64,000 nucleotides of DNA from Pelagibacteraceae bacterium AG-325-E13 (GCA_003282965.1 QBYF01000003.1:2418-66417); one strand, 5' to 3'. Counted from the first letter of the stretch, positions 51,805-63,821 are shown. Translations and numbers: made by a program. The notes: a model not told the origin generated them from the sequence alone.

Positions 51805-54027
51805 CTAGTTTACCAAGGGTTTCCCAGTTTTAAGAGTATACGAAATTCTTTTTTGAGTTTTTTCAGTTTCTATTAACTTCATAAAACTATTTAATTCTAA
51901 TTTGTACATCTGATCTTCAGATACTTCCTTTTTTAAATCAGTATCTCCTCCACTTAAAACATATGCTAATTCTTTACCAACTTCCATACCATGGTCCAAA
52001 ATTTTCTTATTATTATATAAATCTTCCAGGACTTTGATCATTTTTTCTCTAACTTGTCCTCCAGATAGTCTGAATTTACATTCATTTGGGGGAGTGAAAT
52101 CTCTATTATTTTTAATATAAGCTTTAGCGAAGGGCAAAAGATTATTTCTATTTATTATTATTTCACTATTTTTGTCTAAAAATAATAAAGGTTGGGCCTC
52201 TTGTGGTGAAGTAGCAGTTTTAGCGTAACCAATAATATCAAAAACTTGTAATGGAGCATAATCCGGATTATTTTTAGCTTTGTCAGTCTGAGACCATCTC
52301 CACAAAAGTTCTTTACAACCACCTCCGGCTGGAACTAATCCAACTATAGTTTCCACTAAACCCATAACAATATTTGTGTGAGATACTACATGGTTACTTT
52401 GCAGCACGACTTCTTCTCCTCCTCCTAACGCTAATCCTGAAGGAGCAGATACAACTGGTTTATCAGAATATTTCAAATACTTACATGTTTCTTGAAAATA
52501 TTTGATAAATTTTTCGACAGATTTCAAATCTTTATTTTTAATAAATTCCATAACATAATTTAAGTTAACGCCTGCAGAAAACTGCATACTTTCGTTAATT
52601 ACTACTAATGGTTTATCCGTAGCATTCATTAATGCATCCATTGAGTTGTAGTCTAAAGCATTAGCCTTGGTATTAAACTCAACTATATTGAAATCTTTAA
52701 ATCTATAAATTTCAGCAGAGTTATTTTTATCTACTTTTAATACTGATCTTTTTGATTTAGCTAAAGTTTCAATTTCTGTATATTTTTGTCGTTCATCATA
52801 GAAATTTTTTAAGCCTTTATCTTTTAAATTTTCTAAAAATTTATTATTATCTATCTTTTCTATCTTTGAAAAAAAATTATCTAAACCAATAGACTCGAGC
52901 ATTTCAAATGGACCCATCGACCAATTGAAACCAAGTCTTAATGCTTCATCAATATCGTTGTATTCTTTAGTAATTTGCGGAACTAGAGATGATGAGTATA
53001 ATATAATTTTTGATATTACTGACCAAGCGTATATACCATATTTATCTTTTCTATTAATTAATTCTAAAAGATTAATTTTTTTAATTTGTAAATCAATTTT
53101 TTTTGAAGGGTAATACTCATTTTCATTTAAGTTAAGAGCCTCTAAAACTTTTTTTCCATCTGATTTGTTTATTCTGTAGAAGCCTCCTTTACCTTTTCTG
53201 CCTGTATATCCTGTTTCAATTAATTTTTGTATTACAGGTATACCTTCAACTACTTTTTGAAAATCATCATTATTTGATAATTCTTTTTTAAAACTTTTTA
53301 ATACATCCGACATTAAATCAATGCCTATTAGATCATATAATGCAAATACACCAGTTTTTGGAATACCCATCGGTCTTCCGAAAACTGCATCTGCTTCTTC
53401 TATTGATAAATTCATTTTAATTGCTTCTGTCATCGCAATTTGCATTGCATAAACCCCCACTCTGTTGCCTAAAAAACCTGGCGTGTCTCCACATTTAATT
53501 ACACCCTTTCCTAATTTACTCTCACAAAAGTCTTTTAGTAAACTAATTTTATCTTTATCATTTGTTTGTTCTATAACAATTTCCAATAGCCCCATATATC
53601 TAACAGGGTTAAAAAAATGTGTTATACAAAAATCTTTTTTATCTGCACTTGAAAGTTTTTTAGAAAGAACTTTTAATGGTATCGTTGATGTATTTGACGA
53701 AACTATAGAGTCTTTTTTTCTTTTTTTAAAAATTTTATCGTAAATTTCATGTTTAATATCTATTCTTTCTACAACAGCTTCAATAATCCAATCTGCATCA
53801 GAAACATTTTCAAAGTCATCTGAAATATTTCCAGTTTTAAGACTATTAATTCTTGATTGTTCAAATAATAATGGTGGTCGAGATTTTAATATTCTTTCTT
53901 TAGCTTTTTCAGCAATTTCAGTTTTCAAGTCTAATAAAATAACAGGAATATTAGCATTACAAAGATGCGCGGCAATTCCACTGCCCATAGTACCAGAACC
54001 TATAACAACAACTTTATTAATATTCAT
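51805..54027 (-). CDS. 3-hydroxyacyl-CoA dehydrogenase/enoyl-CoA hydratase fusion (FadN-like)
   Basis: [24 protein letters not shown]-terminal crotonase ALGGGEE. Start trimmed to 54027 because the upstream extension runs through tRNA-Pro. Confidence 0.88.
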   Translation of the reverse strand: MNINKVVVIGSGTMGSGIAAHLCNANIPVILLDLKTEIAEKAKERILKSRPPLLFEQSRINSLKTGNISDDFENVSDADWIIEAVVERIDIKHEIYDKIFKKRKKDSIVSSNTSTIPLKVLSKKLSSADKKDFCITHFFNPVRYMGLLEIVIEQTNDKDKISLLKDFCESKLGKGVIKCGDTPGFLGNRVGVYAMQIAMTEAIKMNLSIEEADAVFGRPMGIPKTGVFALYDLIGIDLMSDVLKSFKKELSNNDDFQKVVEGIPVIQKLIETGYTGRKGKGGFYRINKSDGKKVLEALNLNENEYYPSKKIDLQIKKINLLELINRKDKYGIYAWSVISKIILYSSSLVPQITKEYNDIDEALRLGFNWSMGPFEMLESIGLDNFFSKIEKIDNNKFLENLKDKGLKNFYDERQKYTEIETLAKSKRSVLKVDKNNSAEIYRFKDFNIVEFNTKANALDYNSMDALMNATDKPLVVINESMQFSAGVNLNYVMEFIKNKDLKSVEKFIKYFQETCKYLKYSDKPVVSAPSGLALGGGEEVVLQSNHVVSHTNIVMGLVETIVGLVPAGGGCKELLWRWSQTDKAKNNPDYAPLQVFDIIGYAKTATSPQEAQPLLFLDKNSEIIINRNNLLPFAKAYIKNNRDFTPPNECKFRLSGGQVREKMIKVLEDLYNNKKILDHGMEVGKELAYVLSGGDTDLKKEVSEDQMYKLELNSFMKLIETEKTQKRISYTLKTGKPLVN

Positions 54028-54034
54028 ATCGAAT

Positions 54035-54111
<77 letters not shown>

Positions 54112-54185
54112 ATTGACTGTTTTTATAGGTTAAATATACCTTTTTGGCAATTGAAAGATGGTCTCTATAGAAGTAAATAATAGCT

Positions 54186-55358
54186 ATGATCCAACACATT
54201 ACAAAACCTTTTAAATATTTTTTTAAGTTAGAAGCTGCTTCTGGATTAATTCTACTTTTTGCGGCTATTCTTGCTTTAATAATAAGTAATGGAAGTTTAA
54301 GTGAAATATATTTTTCTACTTTAGAAAAGTATATTACACTTGGAACTAAAGAGTTTGGATTAAAGCTAAGCGTTCTACATTGGATTAACGATGTTTTCAT
54401 GGCCATATTTTTCTTTTTTGTTTCTTTAGAAATTAAAAGAGAATTTTTACAGGGTGAACTTTCAAATCCAAAACAAGCAATGTTGCCAATTATTGGGGCT
54501 GTGGGCGGTATGGCAGTGCCAGCGCTTTTTTATGTTTCAGTAAATTATTCTGATAGCGCTACATTAAATGGATGGGCTATACCATCAGCTACTGATATAG
54601 CTTTTTCTTTGGGAGTGTTATCGTTATTAGGAAAAAGAGTTCCAATTTCCTTAAAAGTTTTTTTAACTGCACTTGCTATAATTGATGATTTAGGTGCAAT
54701 TGTTATCATTGCCTTTTTTTATTCTGGAAATATTGAAATAAAATATTTGGCATTAATGTTAGCCTCAGTAATACTGTTGATAAGTTTAAATAAATTCAAA
54801 ATTAAAATTTTTTTACCTTACTTAATAGTTGGTATATTTCTTTGGGATTTTACACATCAATCAGGAGTACATGCAACAATTGCCGGAGTAATACTGGCGC
54901 TTACAATCCCACATAATATTAAAAATAATAAAAAATCATTATTATTAAAGTTAGAACATAATCTTTCACCTTATGTGGCTTTTGGGATAATGCCGGTTTT
55001 TGCGTTCGCCAATGCTGGGGTGTCTTTAGAAGGATTAACATTTGCAACATTATTAAACCCCGTTCCACTTGGTATTGTACTTGGATTGTTTTTTGGAAAA
55101 CAAATTGGAGTTTTTGTTCTTTCTTACATTTCAGTAAAATTAAAGTTTGCAGATAAACCTAATAACTCTACTTGGCCTGCATTTTATGCTGTATCAATTT
55201 TAACTGGTATAGGGTTTACTATGAGCCTTTTTGTTGGAAATTTAGCTTTTGCTAATAATATGGAATATATGGATGGAGTTAAGATCGGCGTATTAGCAGG
55301 ATCTTTGCTTTCCACTCTATTTGGATACTTTTTGTTACTTATTTTTTCAAAAAAATGA
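54186..55358 (+). CDS. nhaA: Na+/H+ antiporter NhaA
   Basis: HWIND, ATDIAF, LAIIDDLG, GIGFTMSLF. Confidence 0.96.
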   Translation: MIQHITKPFKYFFKLEAASGLILLFAAILALIISNGSLSEIYFSTLEKYITLGTKEFGLKLSVLHWINDVFMAIFFFFVSLEIKREFLQGELSNPKQAMLPIIGAVGGMAVPALFYVSVNYSDSATLNGWAIPSATDIAFSLGVLSLLGKRVPISLKVFLTALAIIDDLGAIVIIAFFYSGNIEIKYLALMLASVILLISLNKFKIKIFLPYLIVGIFLWDFTHQSGVHATIAGVILALTIPHNIKNNKKSLLLKLEHNLSPYVAFGIMPVFAFANAGVSLEGLTFATLLNPVPLGIVLGLFFGKQIGVFVLSYISVKLKFADKPNNSTWPAFYAVSILTGIGFTMSLFVGNLAFANNMEYMDGVKIGVLAGSLLSTLFGYFLLLIFSKK

Positions 55359-55762
55359 TCGACTCAAAAATTATTAAGATTGCTTCATCCACTAATAATG
55401 CAGGCCTAAGAAATAAATATACACATAAATCTTTTGCCAAAAATTCTTTATGTGGAGATCACATTAAAATGGAATTCATTGCTGATAATTCAAAAATAAA
55501 ATCTATTCGATATGAAACTGAATCATGTATTTTGTGTGAAGCATCAGCAAGTTTGTTTTCAAAAAAAGTTAAGGGTGTAAAAATTAAAGTCTTAATTAAA
55601 GAAATTGAGAAATTTAAAAAGATTAAAAAGGATATAAAATTTAACTTTCCACATAATTTTAAAGAATTTAATGAGTTAATTAATAAAAAAAACATTAGTA
55701 GGTTGAATTGTGTCATATTGCCTATGGATGCATTTCTTAAAGCCTTTAAAATCTTTAAATGA
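55355..55762 (+). CDS. IscU/NifU-like scaffold protein
   Basis: NSLCGD, SCILCEASAS, RLNCVILP. Confidence 0.8.
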   Translation: MIDSKIIKIASSTNNAGLRNKYTHKSFAKNSLCGDHIKMEFIADNSKIKSIRYETESCILCEASASLFSKKVKGVKIKVLIKEIEKFKKIKKDIKFNFPHNFKEFNELINKKNISRLNCVILPMDAFLKAFKIFK

Positions 55763-56304
55763 TCAAAAAATTTTTTTTTTTTATACTTATGATCTTTTTT
55801 TTTAATGCTGCATCAGCTAATTATTCAAATTTAGCATATGATTATTCATTTGAAGGTATAGATGGCGCAAAGATTAATTTAGATGAATTTAAAAACAAAG
55901 TAATAGTAGTTGTAAATGTTGCAAGTAGATGCGGCTACACTCCTCAATATGAAGATTTGCAAGAATTATGGACAAAATATAAAGATAAAGATCTAGTCAT
56001 AATTGGTGTTCCTACAAATAACTTTAAACAGGAGCCTGGTTCTAACAAAGAGATTAAAGATTTTTGTGAAACTAATTTTGGTATCAACTTCCCTATGGCA
56101 GTTAAAACAAATGTTATTGGAAAAGAGGCTCATCCTTTTTATAAATGGGCTAAAGACAATCACGGAATAGGTGCTATACCGAAATGGAATTTTCACAAAA
56201 TCATAGTTGGAAAAAAAGGAAAAGTAGTAGACACATTTGCTTCATTCACCAAGCCAAGTTCAAAAAAATTTATAAAAATTATCGAAGCTGAAATTAAAAA
56301 CTAA
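55759..56304 (+). CDS. Glutathione peroxidase-like protein with signal peptide
   Basis: VNVASRCGYT, P.NNF.QEPG, KWNFHK. Confidence 0.92.
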   Translation: MIKKFFFFILMIFFFNAASANYSNLAYDYSFEGIDGAKINLDEFKNKVIVVVNVASRCGYTPQYEDLQELWTKYKDKDLVIIGVPTNNFKQEPGSNKEIKDFCETNFGINFPMAVKTNVIGKEAHPFYKWAKDNHGIGAIPKWNFHKIIVGKKGKVVDTFASFTKPSSKKFIKIIEAEIKN

Positions 56305-57062
56305 AATTTATACCATCATACGCTGCAACTATATTTTTTGGTAATCTTCTGTTCAATGATTCATAATCTAAATCTGTGTGTAAATTTGTTAAAATAGTTT
56401 TTTTAGGTTTTATTAGTTTGACTAAATCTAAAACTTCTTGATAACAAAAGTGAGATGGATGTTTTTCCATTTTAAGACAATCAATTATTAAAAAATCGAG
56501 TTTATATAAATTCTTTAGAGATGAATTGGGTATCTTATTACAATCACTTATGTAAGCCACATTATTAAAAAGGTATCCTGTTGCTTTAATCATACCGTGA
56601 ATAACATCAAAAGCTTTTACTTTTAAAGTTTTGTTTTTTAATTTTATTAAGAAATTATTTTTTTACAACATTTGTTTTCATAATGGGTTTATAGCCTTGT
56701 TTAGCCTTAAAACAGAATGTGTATTTTTTTAGCAAAGCTTTAATAGTTTTTTTGCTTCCATAAATTGGGATTTTTTTTTTATTTATCCAATAAAAAGGTC
56801 TCATCTCAAAAATTCCTGATGTTTGATCAGCATGTTCGTGGGTGAACATAATAGCATCTAAAGATTTAATTTTATTTTTAAGAAATTGGTATTTAATATC
56901 AGGCGAAGTATCTATCAAAATTGATAATCCTTTATAAAGTATATGCGCACAACATCTTGTTCTAATATTCTTAATATTATTTTTTAGCTTTCCTTTATAA
57001 TTTGTAATCCAGGGACTTCCCAAAGAACTGCCACATCCAAGAATGGTAAACTTATTCTTCAA
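56294..57062 (-). pseudogene. PhnP-like metallo-beta-lactamase hydrolase split by a +1 frameshift, possibly an assembly error
   Basis: LGCGSS, THEHADQ in 56655..57062 and AYISD, SH, TNLH in 56294..56593; the frame is restored if T7 at 56658-56664 is T6. Confidence 0.8.
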
Positions 57063-57835
57063 CTCAATTTCCCAAATAGATTAAAAAAGTTTTTAGATGT
57101 AGAATCCGAAATATTCTCAATAGAAACTTTTTTAAGTTCGGACAAAAATTTTACAGTATGAATAATATAACTAGGTTCATTTGGTTTTCCTCGTAATGGT
57201 TCAGGAGCTAAATACGGTGAGTCTGTTTCGACTAAAAGTCTGTTTAAGGGTATTTCTTTAAAAGTATCTGCCAAATCTTTTGATTTTTTAAATGTAACAA
57301 CACCACTTGCAGAAATATAAGCTCCGATATCCAGTAATTTGAAAGCAAAATCTTTTGAACCAGTAAAACAATGTATCAAAATTTTAAGATTATTTTTTTT
57401 TACTGCTTTTTGTAATATTTCAAACGTTTCACCTTCAGCAGAGCGTGTGTGGACTATAATTGGCAAATTAGTTTTTTGGGATGCCTCTATATGTTCTAAA
57501 AATGATTCTATTTGATCTTTTTTTTCTGAATGATTGTAATAAAAATCTAATCCAGTTTCACCTATTCCTATAATCTTTTTATTTTGTTTTACTTTTTCGA
57601 TTATATTTTCAAACTTAATACCTTTATGTTGTTTAGCTTCATGAGGGTGTATTCCATAAGAACCATATACACACTTATATTTATCTAAAATATCCAAAAT
57701 ATTACAGAAACTTTTATCTTCTGTAGATATTGTTAGTAGAAATTCTACGCCATCTTTATTAGCCCTCTTTATAGTTTCTTCCAAGGAAGATGACATTGGT
57801 TCATAAGTAAGATGGCAATGAGAATCAATTATCAT
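57059..57835 (-). CDS. tatD: TatD-family nuclease
   Basis: IDSHCHL, GIHPH, GETGLD, HTRSA, HCF, ETDSPYLAP. Confidence 0.94.
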   Translation of the reverse strand: MIIDSHCHLTYEPMSSSLEETIKRANKDGVEFLLTISTEDKSFCNILDILDKYKCVYGSYGIHPHEAKQHKGIKFENIIEKVKQNKKIIGIGETGLDFYYNHSEKKDQIESFLEHIEASQKTNLPIIVHTRSAEGETFEILQKAVKKNNLKILIHCFTGSKDFAFKLLDIGAYISASGVVTFKKSKDLADTFKEIPLNRLLVETDSPYLAPEPLRGKPNEPSYIIHTVKFLSELKKVSIENISDSTSKNFFNLFGKLS

Positions 57836-59366
57836 TTTCAACTTTATTAAATAAAATTTCAAAATTTTTCAATTCTGAATCATGATCGAAACAATCTAAT
57901 TTGTTGATTTGTTCTATTGAAATTTTTTCTGTCTTGATATTCATAGAATTTAAAACTTTTTTAGTTGATATAGGAATAATCGGGTGCAGTAAAATACTTA
58001 TATTTTTTATTTGTTCACATACAGTAAATAATATGTTTTCCATTCTTTTAGGGTCTTTTTTTTTAACGCTCCATGGTTCTGAGTCATTGAAATATTTATT
58101 TGCATCAAATGAATAACTTATTATTTCTTTGATAAAATCATTTAAATTTTGATTATTTATCAAGGTAATTAAGTTAGGAACATTATCTTTTAATTTATTT
58201 ATTAATTCACTATCTTCGTCAGACATCAATGTTGATTTAGGAATCTTGTTTGAACAATTTTTTTTAATAAATGAAAACACCCTTTGACATAAATTACCAT
58301 AATTGTTTGCTAAATCATTATTTATACAATTCTTTAAATTTTCCATTGAAATAGTGCCGTCATTTCCTAGAGAAACTTCTTTGATCAAATAGTATCGTAG
58401 CTGATCAACTCCATAAGATTTTATTATTTCTATAGGATCCAATATATTACCAAGTGATTTAGACATTTTTTTATCATCTGAAAGTATCCATCCATGTCCG
58501 AATACTCTCTTGGGAACAGGTAGTTTGGCTGCTAGTAGAAAAGCAGGCCAATATATAGCATGAAATCGTAAAATATCCTTTCCAATTATATGGACATCGG
58601 CAGGCCAAAAGTTTTTATATTTTAAATCTTTTGTGTTGGGAAAATTAATAGCACTTAAATAATTGGTTAACGCATCTAACCAAACATAAATCACATGTTT
58701 ACTATTATTGGGAACAGGTATTCCCCATGTAAAAGATGTTCTACTTACTGATAAATCAGTTAATCCTTTTTTGACAAAATTTATTACTTCATTTTTTCTA
58801 GATTTTGGTAAAATAAAATCTTGATTTTCTTCATAAAACTTTAATAACTTTTTTGTCCAAGCTGATAATTTAAAAAAATATGATTCTTCTTCTACCCAAT
58901 CAACTTGTGATCCGGAAGTTTTAGAATATTTTTTTCCATTTGAAGACTCAATTTCATCTTCATCATAATAAGCTTCATCTGAAACTGAGTACCAACCTTT
59001 GTATTTATCTAAATATATATCCCCTGAGTCTATCAGTCTTTTCCATATTTCATTAACTGATTTATAGTGTCTAGACTCTGTAGTTCTGATAAAATCATCA
59101 TTCGATAAATTTAATATTTTCGTTAAATCTCTAAAATTCTTTGATAAATCGTCACAAAAAATTTTAGGTTTCTTTTTATTTTTTTCTGCTTCTCTTTGGA
59201 TTTTTAAACCGTGTTCATCTGTTCCTGTTAAAAATAAAACATTAAAACCTTCTAATCTTTTAAATCTTGCAAAAATGTCTGCTATAATACTAGAGTACGC
59301 ATGGCCCATATGAGGTTTACCTGATGGATAGTATATGGGGGTTGTTATATAAAAATATTTACCCAT
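57825..59366 (-). CDS. metG: Methionyl-tRNA synthetase
   Basis: HMGH, GTDEHG, YVWLDAL, KMSKS. Confidence 0.97.
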   Translation of the reverse strand: MGKYFYITTPIYYPSGKPHMGHAYSSIIADIFARFKRLEGFNVLFLTGTDEHGLKIQREAEKNKKKPKIFCDDLSKNFRDLTKILNLSNDDFIRTTESRHYKSVNEIWKRLIDSGDIYLDKYKGWYSVSDEAYYDEDEIESSNGKKYSKTSGSQVDWVEEESYFFKLSAWTKKLLKFYEENQDFILPKSRKNEVINFVKKGLTDLSVSRTSFTWGIPVPNNSKHVIYVWLDALTNYLSAINFPNTKDLKYKNFWPADVHIIGKDILRFHAIYWPAFLLAAKLPVPKRVFGHGWILSDDKKMSKSLGNILDPIEIIKSYGVDQLRYYLIKEVSLGNDGTISMENLKNCINNDLANNYGNLCQRVFSFIKKNCSNKIPKSTLMSDEDSELINKLKDNVPNLITLINNQNLNDFIKEIISYSFDANKYFNDSEPWSVKKKDPKRMENILFTVCEQIKNISILLHPIIPISTKKVLNSMNIKTEKISIEQINKLDCFDHDSELKNFEILFNKVENDN

Positions 59367-60294
59367 TAAATAGTTTATTGTTTATAGAATTAATTAATGA
59401 AGTTTGATTTAAGTTAAGATTAATAAATTTATTAATGTTATTTATCACATAGGATTTATCATTCATTACTTTATCTAAGTTGTCTTGTTTTTTTTCTTTA
59501 CGATTATAGAAATAATAATCTGTTAAAAAAAGAATCATATTAATTATACTAATATTTTTATCTTTTTTATATATGGACAACAAAAGTTTTAAGTTTCTTA
59601 AATAATCATCATCAATATTGATTTCGTTTTCTTTGCAAATTTCATTAAAAGATAAAAAATCTCCTGGAGTTAAGCTTAATGAGTTAAAATCTATAAAAAT
59701 ATCTAAATCATTTTTTTTAATTAGAGACTCAATAACTTTTATTCTCATTTCATTGGTCATAGATATATTTATTTCCAGAGATCTAGAATGAATGGTGTCA
59801 ATTAGAGATTTGGTTTTATTATTAATTAAAATAAAATAATTTTCAGAAGAAGGCTCTTCGATTATTTTCAAAAGTGCATTTAAACTATTAGTATTAAATA
59901 GTTCTATATCATCTAAAATAATGAATCTTTTTTTTTCCAGCATAGAAGTTTTAAGTATTTTTGATTTTAAATCACGTATATCATTTATTCTTATATTTCT
60001 AAAATTATCACCTTTAAGATGTATAATATTTGGAAACATATTATTTAAATACTGTTTGTAGAATTGTGTTTTGCTATTAATTGAATTGTTTATTCTATCG
60101 TAATTTTCGTTATCATAAATATAATTTAAAAAATGATTAATAAGAGTAAATTTTCCTATTCCTTTTTTTCCAGTAAGCATTAAAACTCTAGGTAATTTTT
60201 TCGAATTATGTAATTTTATTAAGAAATCAAGTTTATCTCTAAGACCATATAGGTTTAAAGAATTTTTAGGATCGATGTGTTCAGATGTGCTCAT
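59359..60294 (-). CDS. holB: DNA polymerase III delta' subunit
   Basis: GKKGIGK, NALLKIIEEP, TIHSR; between tmk and metG. Confidence 0.85.
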   Translation of the reverse strand: MSTSEHIDPKNSLNLYGLRDKLDFLIKLHNSKKLPRVLMLTGKKGIGKFTLINHFLNYIYDNENYDRINNSINSKTQFYKQYLNNMFPNIIHLKGDNFRNIRINDIRDLKSKILKTSMLEKKRFIILDDIELFNTNSLNALLKIIEEPSSENYFILINNKTKSLIDTIHSRSLEINISMTNEMRIKVIESLIKKNDLDIFIDFNSLSLTPGDFLSFNEICKENEINIDDDYLRNLKLLLSIYKKDKNISIINMILFLTDYYFYNRKEKKQDNLDKVMNDKSYVINNINKFINLNLNQTSLINSINNKLFNG

Positions 60295-60938
60295 TTGATT
60301 TTAAGAAATTTACTAACTATGCTGAATATTTTTTTCTCTAAATCACTGTTATTTAACGATGAGTTTAGCACAAAGTAATTTCTTTTATTTTTTGCAATTT
60401 TTAAAAAAGAATTTTGAGCTTTAGTATAAAAAGATTGAGGAAAATTATCATATCTATTTTTAGTTTTTCTTTTTTTTAATCTCAATTTTGAGGATTTTGA
60501 TGAAACTTTTAAAACAAAAGTAATATCGGATTTAACTCCTCTTAATATAGATTTATGAATATTGTCAATAAATGATTTTTTAACTTTTTTTCCATAAACT
60601 TGGTAAGCAATTGTTGAGTCAATAAACCTATCACAAATTACTATTCTTTTTTTTTTTAGAGCTGGTTTGATTTTATTTTTTATATGTTCGTTTCTCGCAG
60701 CTAAGTATAATAAAGTGTCAGTATAAATATCAAATTTTTCTTTTTGTTTTTTATTAAAATAATCTTTTAGAATTAATGATCTTATTGACTCAGCGCTTCT
60801 GGTTCCTCCAGGTTCTCTAGTAAGGATTGAGGCTATTCCTCTTTTTTTTAAATTTAAAACGAGTTTTTTACTTTGATAAGATTTTCCACAACCTTCAACG
60901 CCTTCAAAAACTATAAAGAAAGGCTTTTTTTTATACAT
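60291..60938 (-). CDS. tmk: Thymidylate kinase
   Basis: FEGVEGCGKS, REPGGT, CDRFIDST.AYQ. Confidence 0.96.
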   Translation of the reverse strand: MYKKKPFFIVFEGVEGCGKSYQSKKLVLNLKKRGIASILTREPGGTRSAESIRSLILKDYFNKKQKEKFDIYTDTLLYLAARNEHIKNKIKPALKKKRIVICDRFIDSTIAYQVYGKKVKKSFIDNIHKSILRGVKSDITFVLKVSSKSSKLRLKKRKTKNRYDNFPQSFYTKAQNSFLKIAKNKRNYFVLNSSLNNSDLEKKIFSIVSKFLKIK

Positions 60939-62082
60939 CTCCCCAAATCAAATAATTTAAAGATGTGATTAAACTTTTAAAAAAATTTACTTTAGAAACT
61001 TTTTCTGAAGCATATAAGGGCAAAGTTTTAATAATTTCATCTTTATCAGAAACTATCAAGTTAGCTATTTTTTGGTCTTTTTGAATTGGTGTTTTGATGG
61101 GACCTTCGTATTCTAAATGAACTTTTAAATGTCGGATATTTTTTTTATCGAGAGTAAGATAGTAGTCTTCTTTAGGTATAGCTTTAATCTTATTTTTTTT
61201 TCCTAACCAAGCATCTAATTCATAATAAGTTTCTCCTTTCTTTGAAATTTCATATGTATTAGTATTTCTAAAACCCCAATTTAATAATTTCAAAGATTGT
61301 GTGCTTCTCAAATTTTTAGTAGGAAAACCAGAACCAACAGCAATTATTCTTCTTGTATCTTTAAGCATTGAGCTTGCTAAAGAATATTTTTCTACGGCCA
61401 AGTAACCTGTTTTGATGCCGTCAACACCAACTTTTTTATAAAGTAAAGGATTTCTATTTCCTTGAGTTATTGGATCTCCTCCAGTTCTATCCCAGGTAAA
61501 AGTTTTTTCTTTGTACCATTCATAAAATTCAGGATAGTTTTTAATTAAGTATTTTGACATTAAAGCGATATCTCTTACAGTTGAATAATTCTCTGGATCA
61601 TTAATACCTGATGAATTGGAGAAATTTGTTGAAGACATACCAATTTCAGCAGCTTTTTCATTCATCATTTCTGCAAAAATTTCTTCGGAACCAGCGATAC
61701 CTTCAGCTAAAGCAACACAAGCATCATTTCCTGATGCAATAATTATCCCATATAATAAATCCTCTACAGATACTTCGTCATTTACCATAATAAACATAGA
61801 TGAATAACCACTTTCAGAAAGTCTCCAAGCATTTTCGGAAACAATAAATTTATCATCTAATGAAAGTTTTTTATTTTCGATTAAATCAAAAGCAACAATT
61901 GTAGTCATGATTTTAGTCATAGAAGCTGGATAAATTTGAGCGTCTGGATCAAGCTCATACAATATTTTATCTGAGTGGTAATCAACAACTATAGCAGTCC
62001 TGGCATTTACTAAGTTTTCAGCTAAAGAAAATGATGTAAAATTAAGAGAAAAAAACAATAATATAGCTATAAATTTATTCAT
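60931..62082 (-). CDS. dacA: D-alanyl-D-alanine carboxypeptidase
   Basis: PASMTK, SGN, KTG motifs. Confidence 0.92.
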   Translation of the reverse strand: MNKFIAILLFFSLNFTSFSLAENLVNARTAIVVDYHSDKILYELDPDAQIYPASMTKIMTTIVAFDLIENKKLSLDDKFIVSENAWRLSESGYSSMFIMVNDEVSVEDLLYGIIIASGNDACVALAEGIAGSEEIFAEMMNEKAAEIGMSSTNFSNSSGINDPENYSTVRDIALMSKYLIKNYPEFYEWYKEKTFTWDRTGGDPITQGNRNPLLYKKVGVDGIKTGYLAVEKYSLASSMLKDTRRIIAVGSGFPTKNLRSTQSLKLLNWGFRNTNTYEISKKGETYYELDAWLGKKNKIKAIPKEDYYLTLDKKNIRHLKVHLEYEGPIKTPIQKDQKIANLIVSDKDEIIKTLPLYASEKVSKVNFFKSLITSLNYLIWGDV

Positions 62083-62812
62083 TAATACTTATGTCCAATT
62101 CTTCAAAACCAAAATTTTTGAGTTGAATGTAATCATTTTTCATTAAATTAATAGAGTTATAAGGTCCTGACATCAGAGTTATTTTATTTGATTTTTTTGG
62201 ATTAATATACAACTTTTTGCTGTCAAAATTAAATAATTCCTGGGTGATTCTTTTTTTTAAAAGAGACGCAGAGTTTTTAGAGTAAAATTCAGCTATAATA
62301 ATATAAAATTTATCTTTATGAACTAGATTCTTTTTATTCTTATCTTTTGATATATTGTTAATTGTAACTATTTCTACAGGAGCGTTGCTATGTATTTTTT
62401 CTTCTTCTTTAAAAATTTTAGTTTTCTTTGCCACAAAAGACTTATTTTTTTTTACTTCAATTACTTCGATAAGAGGTAAATCTTTCCGAAGATTAAGTTC
62501 ATCAGCAACAGGTTGTGTTATAATTAACTTGTAAAATTCAGGATAATCAAATCGCTTATTAATTTTTAAGATAATTGAGTCATTTGTTTTAATATTAATT
62601 ATTTTGATTAAAGAGCCTGGTCTTAATTTGCTATGTGCAACTTGTAGTAATGTATCATCTAATTTTTTTTTGATTGTTTTATCTAAAAAATCTTGATGAT
62701 TATAAATATAAGCAAAACCTTTTGAGTTAAAGGGTTTTTTCAGCTCAGATTTACTGTAATTTTGAGCACAGGATATCAATAACAAAAATAATATAATTAA
62801 TTTATATTTCAT
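62075..62812 (-). CDS. Divergent RlpA-like lipoprotein with C-terminal SPOR-like domain
   Basis: Lipobox LISC; AHSKL.PGS..I.N resembles RlpA AAH.TLP; C-terminal GPY; sits in the mltB-rlpA-dac slot. Confidence 0.6.
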   Translation of the reverse strand: MKYKLIILFLLLISCAQNYSKSELKKPFNSKGFAYIYNHQDFLDKTIKKKLDDTLLQVAHSKLRPGSLIKIINIKTNDSIILKINKRFDYPEFYKLIITQPVADELNLRKDLPLIEVIEVKKNKSFVAKKTKIFKEEEKIHSNAPVEIVTINNISKDKNKKNLVHKDKFYIIIAEFYSKNSASLLKKRITQELFNFDSKKLYINPKKSNKITLMSGPYNSINLMKNDYIQLKNFGFEELDISINE

Positions 62813-63821
62813 TTTTAAAATTATCTTTAAGTGTACAAACAGCAAGAGCAAACCTTAGGGACCTATTCCAACTTAATATTTTTTCATAATTTTCATAGAT
62901 TAAATAAGCAGGGGTATAAGTATTAGAGCCTGGTATAATATCTTTATCTGGAGTGATAATTGCTGATACTAAGTTGTCATTAATATTTAGTTTATTCGAT
63001 TGTTTTATATATTTTTTAAAAAACTTTGCTTTTCTCTTATTTTTAATCTTTCTTGCTGATGAATTTAAATATTTTTTAGGTATATCGTTATTTAGCTCAA
63101 TTTTTGTATAGCAAGGCTTATTTTTTTTCCAGCCTATTTTATTTAAATAGTTTGCAGCAGAAGCGAAGGAGTCTTCAACGCTTTTTAGCTCTATAGTTTT
63201 GTTATTATTATAATCAATTGCATATTCTTTAATTGTTCTTGGCATAAACTGAAAATTTCCAAAAGCTCCTGCCCAAGATCCAAACAATATATCTTTATCG
63301 ATTATATTTTTATCTATTAGTGTAAGAAGAATTAATAACTCTTTAGTGAAAAATTCACTTCTTCTTTCATCAAAACTTAAAGTAGCTAATGAAGAAACAA
63401 TATCCATCTTTCCTAAATAATTACCAAAATTTGTTTCTATGCCCATGAGAGCTAATAACAAATCTTTCTCTACTAAAAAATGTTTTTCTACTTTATCAAT
63501 TATTAATTTTTCCCTTTTATATAACGCCAAACCTTTTTTAACTTTTTTCGAACTTGTTCTTTTTTTAATGTATGTAAAAGTATCTTCATAAAATTCAGGT
63601 TGATACCTATCATACTCAATTACTTTTGGTAAAAATTTAGCTTGAGACATAACTTCGTTAACTACATTTTTGGAAATACCAGAATTAATTGCTTCTTTTT
63701 TAAAATTATTAACCCAAGACTCAAAGGCTAAGTTATTAGCAAAAGAGTTGGATGAAAAAAGTAATAAAAATATTACAAAATTAATAGATATTAAGTTTTT
63801 AAGCATTTTTTTGAATATCAT
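62802..63821 (-). CDS. Lytic murein transglycosylase MltB-like
   Basis: QPEF, GIETNFG, GSWAGAFG..QFMP, ASAANYL, WNRS. Confidence 0.92.
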   Translation of the reverse strand: MIFKKMLKNLISINFVIFLLLFSSNSFANNLAFESWVNNFKKEAINSGISKNVVNEVMSQAKFLPKVIEYDRYQPEFYEDTFTYIKKRTSSKKVKKGLALYKREKLIIDKVEKHFLVEKDLLLALMGIETNFGNYLGKMDIVSSLATLSFDERRSEFFTKELLILLTLIDKNIIDKDILFGSWAGAFGNFQFMPRTIKEYAIDYNNNKTIELKSVEDSFASAANYLNKIGWKKNKPCYTKIELNNDIPKKYLNSSARKIKNKRKAKFFKKYIKQSNKLNINDNLVSAIITPDKDIIPGSNTYTPAYLIYENYEKILSWNRSLRFALAVCTLKDNFKNEI

